In this document: one piece after another, positions 52,111 through 64,000 of the stretch | Layout: each line of letters begins with the position of its first letter | Numbering within the stretch: position 1 is the stretch's first letter | Assembly (NCBI GenBank): GCA_951406725.2 | Contig: OX597815.1 | Span: 86,180,001 to 86,244,000 of the forward strand | Source of the DNA: Octopus vulgaris | Taxonomy: Eukaryota | DNA length: 64,000 nucleotides | Direction: 5' to 3' | Notes under the pieces: generated by a model | Databases searched by the model: none | Told to the model about the DNA's origin: nothing | The model's input: the letters and a program-made list of their open reading frames with translations, nothing else | Position numbers and translations under genes: made by a program

Positions 52111-54559
52111 ATAATAATGATAATAATAATAATAACAGCCACAAAAAATGATAATAATAATTTAAAATATTCCTTTATTGACCATTATCTTGGTTTAATA
52201 GTTTCACATTCTATTTTCATGTTGGTGCTGTACGGATCGGAACTGGCGTTGTAATTATATAATTTTTTTATACATAATTTCCATAAAAAAATTCATTGGA
52301 AATACAACTCTCCTGAATACTACTATTCCAGTGTTGTATATGATCTAGATTGATTTCGAATAAGCCAGCAATAACATTCATCACGAAGTTGATAATATCC
52401 AAATGTTCATTTTGACATTTAGCGTCTTCTAATTTAAAGTCTATGCTCATAGAAAATCAACTATTCAACTTGGTGAATCAATACTATTGAGATTTCTCTA
52501 AAATTTAAATTACTAATTACTTGAATTAATGTCATGGTTCATTTTTAATATCGACCTAATCCTGTGTTCCGCCAGCCATTTAACTGATACAGACACATCA
52601 AACTGGAAGAACAGCTAGCTGTATTTGCACTTGGGAAGGGTAAGTCATTCATTCGACTAGGATGTTCAGATTTCAATACTGTAAATCCATAAATCTCACG
52701 TCATTTTCAGTAAGCTTGTCATCCTACCACTGCACAAATCTTTCAGTCTTTCCGTCGCAGTCATTAGGCTTGAAAATGTTATGGCATTTCCCAATGTGTA
52801 TATCAGCGCATTTACTTGAACGTAATTTGGGAACTCTAGCTGTAAGAAACTTGCATATGATGCACTCAACCATTGTGTACATATACAGAGAAGAGGAGTT
52901 AAAATGATCCAGGGAGAGAGGTAACTAGAAAGCTGAGGATAATCTTCCTGAAGCCAGAACCCAAAGTTTTAAAACTGATGCATTCATTAGTGCACACGAA
53001 GAAACAGAATGGATAGTCTGAATGATATACCATTGTATATGTCTGATGAGTCAGTGTTGAGCTGATGATAAACAAAATTTGCACCAAAGGCTTTATTGCC
53101 CCTTTTGTCAGCTTATGTAGCTAAAGAATGAATTTTTTCCTAATAAATCGGGTAAAGGGCGATGTACTTATTAACATATGCACAATATTATACTTCAATT
53201 AAACACACTGTTTACTAAAGAAAAACAAAACAAAAGAACTAGAACCTATTGTTAGCTTCTCTGAGAGAAAGGTATGATAATTTCAAGATATTAAGAAAGG
53301 ATTTTGCAAAATTAATGTACATGGTATTAGTCATAGTGATAGTTATAGATGTTTCGCTTTCATTGGATTTCGTCAGACCAGGCTGTTTTAAAATGTGAGC
53401 CTACTTGATAAATCGACAGACATTTTCACACAGAGAAGCGAAGTTTGAAGTTTCTGAGCCAGCTGTAATTTGCATAATTAAAATGCCAGTAGTCAACTTG
53501 AATTATTTCCCAGTAACTCATTTTTGTTAATTATCCAAAAGTGTGTCTCGGAATCTCTCAGTGAAACTTGGGCAACTAAAGTTCAACATCAAGCAGTCTT
53601 TGCTTAGAATAAACAGATAATAAAAATGAAAGTTCATAACAATATTGGCGAGCAGTCATTTTCTGGGATCACATATGCAAGTAATTGCTTAGTGCCACTC
53701 TTCTTGGCAGTTGAAGTGAAGAAATAAATATAGCAGGGATATATATTGCTGACGTGATACACTAAATCTTCTTTTTCTTCGCCGATTATTGGCCTGAACA
53801 TATCGTGTTTGTAACCCTATAATCGTTAGAATTGCTAAAAGGGACACAATGAATTTAGTAATTCGGAAAAACATTCAAACATTGGCGGTAATTAAAGTAA
53901 TGAAAAATTATTTAACCAACTTACTAAAGCAAAACTAAATGACCGGAAGTAAAAAGCCAATTAGTTTATACAAAGAAAACATAATTAATGAACCACGATT
54001 GTTGCTACTTTACGCAATGTTTATCAACTGGAGAATAATAATTTATTTTTGTCTTTTTCATGCTTTAGATGATTCAGTTAATAAATTAGAAGAATGTTAT
54101 ATTTCTTATTTCTGTGTGTGTGTTTGTGTGTGTATGTGTGTTTATATATGTGTATGTGTGGGCGTGTGTGTGTGTGTGATAGTAAAATGATTTGATGGAA
54201 TTGATTACGAAGCTCATTATAGCTAAAACGCCTTCATTGGATATAACTAAGTAGTTCTTGCAAAGATATACATATATCTCGCGTCTACTTGAATATCTTT
54301 AAGTCCAATTCTATGCCAAAGAAGGCAGAACGATGAAAGAAATTAGGTGATAGACTAATTTATTTCGTTGGTTATAACAAATAAAGCGGTAATAAATATC
54401 AGTATTTTAATTAAGAAAATAGCTGAATATCTGATTAGTTTTAGACTTCGCGTTTTTATCGCTTATGACACATCGAACTTATGATACATTCAAGTATATG
54501 AATTATAATAACTTTACTTATATTACTGCCATGGTATATGTACTATAATCTTTCGTTGT

Positions 54560-54635
<76 letters not shown>

Positions 54636-54636
54636 A

Positions 54637-54683
<47 letters not shown>

Positions 54684-54717
54684 TTTTTCTATCTCTCTCT
54701 CTCTCTCTCTTTCTATA

Positions 54718-54756
<39 letters not shown>

Positions 54757-54810
54757 GTAATGTTGGTGCTGTACAGATCGGAAATGGCGTTGTAATTATA
54801 TAATTTTTTT

Positions 54811-54854
<44 letters not shown>

Positions 54855-55105
54855 ATCTACCTAAGTATCGGTTTGTCTGTCTGTTTGTCAATCGAGTTAG
54901 CTACCAAGCTTTTCGTCTATCTCTTTATATACTTATCTAGTTATTTGTCTATCTATTTATGTATTCATCTATCTATTAATCGATCTGTCTGTCCAACAAT
55001 CATTGAATATATTAAGTATCTAAATATCTTTACCCGTCTTTGTTTGTGTTCGTTTATGTCTGTCTATCTATGTCTCTTTCTGTCTCTCCTTTTCTCTCTC
55101 TCTCC

Positions 55106-55142
<37 letters not shown>

Positions 55143-55911
55143 CTATTTTTATTATTTGTTTCGCTCTTATCATGTTGGGAAAATAACTTTTTGTATACAT
55201 ATAGCCATTGTTATATTAAAAAAAAACTAGTTTTATATTGATTTATATGCAACTACAAAAAAACTTTGTTAGCTACAAGAAGATAGAAAGAGATCATAAT
55301 CTAGGGCACTGCGGATATTTGGTGACTCTTTTATACTCTGATGTTTTATAATATTTTCATCAATCAACGTATGACAAACTCTTCAGGTTACTCTACTCCT
55401 AAAATGTAAGTCTTTATTAATTTACTTTAATGTGCGTAGATAATAAACTATTGAAAACTGAAGAGCCCAAACCAGCTAGACTGAAGCTCAAAATTATATG
55501 GGATAGGAAACGAGGCAAAAATCTCATCTTTGTCAATCAATGAAGTTTTCAATAACCATCTCTGCAATAACAGCGTATATCATCATTGGAAATGGCTTTG
55601 ACGATGGACAATAAGGTACACTCATACACACACACACACACACAAATGTGCATAAGATCGTACAGATGTACACACATACACAATTAGTCTGCGCTGGCAC
55701 ATGAAATATATAGATAATTCTATCACTCTTTTACTTCACTATGTTTCATTTCTCTCTCTCTTCCCCCCCCCGCTGTCTCTCATATATATTATATATATAC
55801 ATATAAACATATACACGCTCATAATTGTGGGTGAAAGAATGAGCATGTATGTGTGTATGAACACACACAAAAGCACACGCATACATACGTATATATGTGT
55901 GTATGTGTATG

Positions 55912-55944
<33 letters not shown>

Positions 55945-56753
55945 GTGTGTTTGTGTGTATAAACATATTCATACTTATATATGCATATATATATATATAT
56001 ATGTATAAGTATGAATATAATATCTTATATATACAAATATATGATCAATAGTAATTGATCGATAATCTCTATTGACTTTATATATAAATATATATATACA
56101 CACATTTTTCAAGTATAACGGTCTTTCAATTGATCTAACAATATTTAAAAAATGGAAGGTTGATTCTGTACTCAGACACCCTACCACGTTTTTAATCTAT
56201 TTATTTCCTTGTTTATTTATATATTTATTTTTGTTCCTTTTTATTGTAGGCCACTCGAATACTGTCCATTATATTGAAGTCAACTGAAATACAAAAATAA
56301 TGCTTTAGTTTTACACGGCCTCATCCGTTCATTGAATTTCACATAGATAACAATGGTGGGATGTTATATAACAGTCGCCGTCACTGCCATGATCGTCACC
56401 GCTATCATCATTACCATCATCGTCATCATCTTCCTCAACATCATCATCATCATCATCATCATCATCGTTATCGTCATCGTTCACAAAAACAACAGTAATT
56501 ATTAATATTATTGCTCTAAATGAGTTGCTTTTTCTTTGCTTTTTTATATTTTGAATATAATAATAGCTACTGTTATTGCTGCTTCCATAACATATTTTTT
56601 TCTAAATTTATAAATAGCTTCTTATCGATTCTAGAGGGAGATGTATCACTTCAATGGGTCTACAAAAACTGTTTACAAGTAACGTATTCCTGTTTAACCC
56701 CAAGTAATATATAACTTTGTTTCATATCGTAAATGTATATCGTTTATTATTAT

Positions 56754-56806
<53 letters not shown>

Positions 56807-56826
56807 TTATTATTATTATTATTATT

Positions 56827-57355
<529 letters not shown>

Positions 57356-58729
57356 TTATATACAACATACACAATTTTAATACGTTCTAATTCTGTTGTA
57401 TAACACATCACATTTTAAGTATAACAATACATGCACAATAATAGCAAACATATATATGTACACATATATTCATACATACATGCATACATATACATACATA
57501 TATATATATATATTTATATATACACGTATATGTGTGTACATATATGTGTGTGTGATTTTATATACATATAAATGCATATATGTATGTATATATATTAATA
57601 CATATATATATGTGTATGTATATATATATATATATATATACATACATACATACACACGCACACACCACACACACGCACACACCACACACACACACGCCCG
57701 CGCGCACACACACGTATATACATATACATACCTAAGGGAAGGGCGAAACTTGAATCAGTAAAAGCCCTAAATAGATAATAGCGTATGAATATACCATGCT
57801 AATTTTAACGGAATGGAGAAAATGTTCTCATCACGCAATAACGATTAAAATTATTGAATTTATTCATCTGGTCCCATAAGTTGTTCTGCTACGTGCAGGT
57901 GGAATTTGAAATATTTGTTTTAGAGTGAAATGCTTGCAATATGCGTTTGAAGATGCATAACTGCATACATGTGTATGTATGTTCTTTTATTCGTCTGAAA
58001 GCTTCAGTTCTGGGTCAGTACCATCAAAAATATTGAAATGCCTATATACACCTCATCAATCTTTCTGTTATTTATTTCTGAAAAATGTTAGCGTACAAGA
58101 CTTCAGCTTAATTTTAGTTACGTGGATTAGAAGTATACTCTAAAAAGTATTTTTGTCCGATTATCCGACTTCGCCCAGCTCAAAAACGAGTACATTGAGT
58201 AAGGTATCATTCAATTAGATATATATGTGTGTGTGTGTGTCGACACACACACATATATATATGTAGAGATAACGCATTTCTTTTCGAGTTTGCAGATATG
58301 TGTTTATATCTATTTACACTCTCTATATCTACGTATATATGGAATCGATAGATACAAACCCAGCTATGTACAAATACGTAAAGAAAATCAAATTCACAAA
58401 TTACGTTGTACATGACACTGAATATTATTAAAACATACAATATACTAGGTGTAGAGATAGTCTCCACATAATACTGTGGAAGATTCAACGGACGAACAAA
58501 GAACTTTAATTGAAGCGTTATAAAGTAAAACCAAGTTTAACGTAAGCCCAATGATATAAAAAAGATATTTCTCGCAAAAATATTCGTAGACTTACAAATA
58601 AAAACTCTAGGCACCTGGAATACGTAATAACGAGTGGCCTATACGCCAAACGTACATTTCAGAAAACTAAATAAAGATAAAATTGATACTAATACACCGA
58701 CCTACACACACACGTATGCATTTATATGT

Positions 58730-58939
58730 ATGTCACTATTCAGTTTATTTCAAGAATTATTGCCAATAGAGAAAGAACCGGTTTCTGATCTAGATTCAAG
58801 GCTCCTTCATTTGAATTTCAACATCAACAACAGGGTATTCTTGTATGTATGTATGTATGTATGTATGTATGTATGTATGTATGTATGTATGTATGTATGT
58901 ATGTATGTATGTATGTATGTATGCATTTATGTATGTATG

Positions 58940-58973
<34 letters not shown>

Positions 58974-59312
58974 TGTATGTATGTATGTATGTATGGATTT
59001 ATGTATGTGCAGATTTGTATGTTTTACGTATGTATTCTCATGCATTTAGTTGCTTATTTAGACATGCTCATATATATTTAAATGGTAAACTTCTGGAACG
59101 TGTTACAGGTTTTTACAGTTCCAGTGATGGATTGGGTCTATAGTCTTCGAATTAGCTTTCTCCTTTCTGGTTTTGAGATGCCTAATTTCTCAAGATTGGT
59201 ATTTAGGCAGTGTGTTACGTATCTTAGGGCCCCAATGATTATAGGTATAAACCTGAACTTGTAATATGGATAGAGTAACTGAAGATTTCTCAATAGTTCA
59301 ACATAGGTGTTC
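58730..59312 (-). mobile_element. R4-like LINE 3' end (RLE C-terminus and 3' UTR containing a long (CATA)n)
   Basis: YVELLRNLQLLYPYYKFRFIPIIIGAL..LNTNLEKLG is homologous to YGQLPQNLQLLYPDYEFIFRPIIIGALG in the adjacent plus-strand copy. Confidence 0.8.
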
Positions 59313-60560
59313 CTAACATTTGAGATACTTGATTTGTCTATTAGAAAATCCACTCCATAGATATCAAAACCTACAAAATCCTGACAACAAGTGTGAACGT
59401 CCGCAGAAACAGTGATGTTGGGAGTCTCTGCCTAAGAAGAAATGAAGGTGGTATGGACCTGAGATCAATGCAGACGGCCTTCGAATACAGTATGGTATCA
59501 CTCAGGTAGCATCTGCTGAACAACCACAGCAAAAGTAATTATATAAATGAAGTGCTGAAAAGTGAAGTGAGCAACATTGTACGAGCTGGTAGTGAGCTCC
59601 TCAAGAAGCACTCTCTTCCTGATGATCTCCTATACAGCTGGGCTCTCTTACCTCAGAGAAGACCTAGATGGAAAGCACTCAGCATACAAAAAGAAAGACT
59701 TTGCATGGGAATATTGCCCGGAAGCTTGAATAAGACAGTAGAACTGACACGAAACGCAGCCTCTCTTGGACAAAAGACCACTACCTCACATCATATTTTC
59801 AAGGCTATGCGTTTGCAATCCAGGAACAAGAGGTTGGCACAAAGTACCTGGTCAACAAGAGAGATAGTGACGCTCTTGTAAACCCAAGATGCAACCGCAT
59901 GTGTAGAATATGTCATGTTTCTGTGGAAGACATCACGTATGTGATTAGCAGCAGTCCTAAAATGTCACGGTACTACCTCCTTATGCGGCATGATATTGTC
60001 GCTAAAACAATTTGCAAGGCAATCCGCAAAAAAGTCTGTCCTGAGATAAACTTAGAATACCCCTTTGTTATGGAATGCATTCATAAACACCAACTCAAAG
60101 AATATTGGTGGAATATTCACATCATAACTTCTGTCAAATGTAAACATAACAGGCCGGATACTGATGTTTATGAAAGCGGGGGAAAGGTATGTATGTACCA
60201 GCATAGAGGTCAGCTGCCCTGCAGTTATAAATATCTCGTTGAAAATCAAAGAGAAAGAGATATTTATGGACAACTGCCTCAAAACCTCCAGCTTCTATAT
60301 CCAGACTATGAATTCATATTCAGACCAATAATAATTGGAGCACTAGGTTTTGTTAGTAAATGCTTAAATGAGAATCTGGATTAACTGGGATTTTCAGAAA
60401 GAGAAATCGACCGGCTAATTCGTTCATTACAAGTAGAGTCTCTGAGTGGAACAGTAAAAATATGGAAGACTTTTCTCAAGTTCCAGATGTGAATTTGTTT
60501 GTGCTAACAAAATCTCAAAGATGGAGCCTTATATCTTTGTTAAAAAATAGAACAGATACA
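59313..60560 (+). mobile_element. Decayed R4-like LINE 3' third (thumb, CCHC, RLE)
   Basis: IDIKTYKILT; RRNEGG; GYAFAIQEQEVGTKYL; CRICHVSVEDITYVISS; RHDIVAK; HNRPD; IEVSCP; PIIIGALG. Confidence 0.85.
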
Positions 60561-60799
60561 TACTTACATACATACAAGTTCGAGAAACGAACGAAAGCGA
60601 TAATAATAATGAAGAAATAAAAATATTTTTTTCCCAATATTTTGACAACTTTTTTCTCTCACACACACACACATATATGCACACACACACACACACAAGT
60701 CTAGCTTTCTTCCCCTATAGATCACCTGATTAGTAGACAAAGACTTCACAGTGGCTCTCAAACCTTTATAAAAAATTACATATATATATTCTTTTATTC

Positions 60800-60994
60800 T
60801 CTAATTTGTTTCAGCCATTTGACTGTGGCCCTGCTGGAGCACCGCCTTTTTACTCGAATAAATTGACCCCAGGAATTATTCTTTGTAAGCCTAGTACACA
60901 TCCTATCGGTCTCTTTTGCCGAACCGCTAAGTTACGGGGACGTAACACACCATCATCAGTTGTCAATCTATAGTGGAGGTAAACACAGACACAG

Positions 60995-61043
<49 letters not shown>

Positions 61044-61195
61044 ACGGGTCACTTTCAGTTTCTGTCTACCAAATCCACTCACAAGACTTTGGGGGGCCCG
61101 AAGCTATATTAGAAGACGTTTGCCCAAGGTATCACGCAGTGGGACTGAACCCTGTGGTTGGTAACGAAGTTACTTACCACACAGCCACTCCTGCA
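60800..61195 (-). mobile_element. SINE family A, complete copy with tRNA-like head and internal (TG)n
   Basis: Minus strand begins gcaggagtggctgtgtggtaag..gggttcagtcccactgcgtgataccttgggcaa and ends ccagcagggccacagtcaaatggctgaaacaaa. Confidence 0.85.
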
Positions 61196-61464
61196 CATAT
61201 GTATCTATATAGTTGAAAAAATAATAGAGATCAATACAAATCAAATTTTTATATGTAAAAGATGGATGTGGAAATAACACAAAAGTAAATCTAAGGCATT
61301 TCAATTTAAGAAGGAATTTGATTAAAAAATTATTGAAAATCTATATAAAGAAAATATTACCAGCTTCGATGTATCTCATCTTATCTATCAGTAAAAATTT
61401 ATTTAAAAAAATGAAGTAAAACCAGCTTATCTTCTGTCTGGGGGTCAAGAATATGTACATATTC

Positions 61465-61645
61465 TTTTATTCTTTTTCTGCGGCCATGCTGGAGTACCTC
61501 TTTAGTCGAGCAAAATGACCCAGGATTTTATTCTTTGTAAGCCTAGTACTTATTCTATCATACTCCTTCGCCGAACAGCTAGTTTGGTAAGCACACCAAC
61601 ATCGGTTGTCAAGTGAAGGTGGGGGGACAGACACAAACACACAAG
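61465..61645 (-). mobile_element. SINE family A 3' fragment
   Basis: ctgcggccatgctggag..ttctttgtaagcctagtacttattctatc..ccaacatcggttgtcaag. Confidence 0.8.
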
Positions 61646-61664
61646 CATAAACATATACATATAC

Positions 61665-61729
<65 letters not shown>

Positions 61730-61789
61730 TAAAAACGGTAAGATAACAAAAGAAAGAAAAATACCTCAATATTATGTAAATAGAGGAAA

Positions 61790-61992
61790 TTTATCTGTAA
61801 AATAATATGTGACAATTATTCAATAGCCAAGATAAAACTCTGAGTTCCGGACGCCAAAGTAGAAAACCACAACACCATCTCTTCGGTTATATGGCCAGAT
61901 AACCGAAGAAATGGTGTTGTGGTTTCCCACTTCGGCATCCGAAGAGTTTTATCTTGGCTATTGAATAATTGTCACATATTATTTTACTGATA
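61790..61992. repeat. Inverted repeat (about 100-bp arms, 8-nt loop), each arm with a hammerhead-like motif
   Basis: aaaataatatgtgacaattattcaatagccaagataaaactc..cttcggttat / ataaccgaag..gagttttatcttggctattgaataattgtcacatattatttt. Confidence 0.9.
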
Positions 61993-62067
61993 TATATATA
62001 TTGTATTATATTACATTATATTTGTATATGTATATACATTACCGGAGTCATTCTTGTTGCTTATTTT

Positions 62068-62102
<35 letters not shown>

Positions 62103-63080
62103 ATTATATTACATTATATTTGTATATGCATCTTCTTATACCTGTGCATATATGAAGACAAGTGCATAAACGTTTGTATGTATATACATAGCCAGACAGA
62201 TAAACATGCAAGAAGGCAGCCGGGCAGATAAATAGAGAGATAGATATGTATGTATGTATGTATGTATGCACACGCAGACATAGACACACTTAAAACTATC
62301 TACAAAAGCACAAATAGTATTTAAAGGAACTACAAATCGAACAATAGCCTCAAATAACACAACCAAGGCAATGTGATTTACGTGTAGTGTTTAAAAGACA
62401 AAAACAATGAGTAAACGAACGAGCAAGAGAGTGAGAGAGAGAGAGAAAGCGACCGACACAGAGAAACATAAAGAAAGACGGAGTTAGACAGAAATGAGAT
62501 AAATAGCTAGTGAGGAAAAGAAAAAAGAGAGACTATGCGTGTAGCAATTTGTATGAGCAATGTGTAGACATTCACTACGTTCGTAGAACAATGAAACAAA
62601 TGTTTGGCACCGATCCTTGTATTATTTCGCCTGGAAACCAATTTCATATAGAAGAATATTGCTCTCAATTGAAGTGTCTCTTGATTGTCTGCTATAAATA
62701 ATTGTGGTTCATGTGAGAATCTTCTATATATGATGATTATCGACAATTAGACCAGTGAGATAGTTTCTCAGATTTGGTTTAATATCTAAATTTCCTGTAG
62801 ATTTATAAGATTTATAATCAACTACACCCTCCACTTGATATATTTAAAAGCAAATCGTCTGTGTGCCTATCTATATAAACACACACACACACACATACTC
62901 ACACACGCACACACGCACACACACTCATATACATACACACATCTATATATGTATACACACACACACATATATATATAGGTATACCATATAATATACGTAT
63001 ATACATATAAATTTTAAAATATATATGCATATACATGCATATATACATACATACATACATATATATATATGTATATATAA

Positions 63081-63124
<44 letters not shown>

Positions 63125-63134
63125 GAATATATAT

Positions 63135-63181
<47 letters not shown>

Positions 63182-63514
63182 TATATAAACATACGTGTGT
63201 ACATTTATATAATTTGTACTTATATATATTGGTACAAGTGCAAACAGATGATTCACTGAAAGACACAAACATACATGCAAGTACATATGGAAGATATACT
63301 TTAGCTACCTGTCTGGAAAAGCATCTGTCATGTTCACTATTGATCTATCTACCATTTTCACATATTGCGGTATCTATCCCCGTTTCTTTTTCTTTGCCTA
63401 CAAAGTCAATGAAGAATAAAATATAAGGGTGAAAATCAAATGATCATGTCTGCATACATGTACGTACGTATGTGCATGAATATATGTCTGAGTATATGTA
63501 TATTTATATCTTGT

Positions 63515-63758
63515 ATCTTTTACTTGTCTCAGGCATTAGACAGTAACCACGTTGGGGCTTCGCCTTAAGGTACTTTAGTTGAGCAAATCGACCCAAGTAC
63601 TTAATTTTTTTAAAGCCTGGTACTCATTCTATCGGTATCTTTTACCGAGCTGGTAAATTACGGAGACGCAAACACAGTAACGCTGGTTATCAAGCGGTGG
63701 TGAGAACAAACACAGGCACCGAAGCACAGACACACGCGCACACACACACGCACACACA

Positions 63759-63801
<43 letters not shown>

Positions 63802-63885
63802 TCACACACAAACCCATGAATACACACACATATTTATATATACACAACGGGCTTCTTTCAGTTTCCTTCGAGCAAATCCATTCAT
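63515..63885 (-). mobile_element. SINE family A, diverged copy
   Basis: Tail, internal (CA)n and acaacgggcttctttcagtttcc..caaatcca, as in 60800-61195. Confidence 0.75.
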
Positions 63886-64000
63886 TAACTATCCATTTGT
63901 AATAATAAAATATGAACTCCTATCGGAATCTACATACCATGGACAAAATGCATTTATACCCATTCTAGCACTTTCTTTGGATAGTGGAACTGCAACTGTA

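Noticed and set aside
52268-52450. 60-aa minus-strand ORF MSIDFKLEDAKC..
   Set aside because: No recognisable motif or splice support; length compatible with chance
53041-53075. CTGATGA-gtcag..ctgat-GATAAAC hammerhead-like string
   Set aside because: Second box is not GAAA and no stem I or III is evident; likely chance
55457-55500. CTGAAGAgc..gctcAAAA
   Set aside because: Too degenerate, no stem I, and no second copy for support

Overview
AT-rich, repeat-dominated eukaryotic DNA with no securely identifiable host gene. The mix of tRNA-derived SINEs with internal (TA)n/(TG)n tracts and dense microsatellites resembles an octopus (coleoid) genome; this is inferred from remembered repeat families, not from a search. 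Main content: (1) a stack of R4/Dong-clade non-LTR retrotransposons (RT, CCHC knuckle, restriction-like endonuclease) inserted head-to-tail in (TAA)n at 41.2-52.0 kb, plus further R4-like remnants at 28-29, 56.8-57.2 and 58.7-60.6 kb; (2) a decayed Penelope-like element (RT plus C-terminal GIY-YIG, direct pseudo-LTRs) at 13.9-17.25 kb; (3) Tc1/maT and RTE remnants and many SINEs; (4) several unrelated short non-coding elements with minimal type I hammerhead-ribozyme motifs, often as inverted pairs. The most unusual item occurs at three loci: it joins a tRNA-like Pol III head, a (TAA)n spacer and a hammerhead-bearing tail, always head-to-head. It is a candidate Penelope-mobilised SINE/retrozyme hybrid. 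Almost all ORFs in the supplied track outside the transposons are microsatellite artefacts. All alignments and folds were done by eye.
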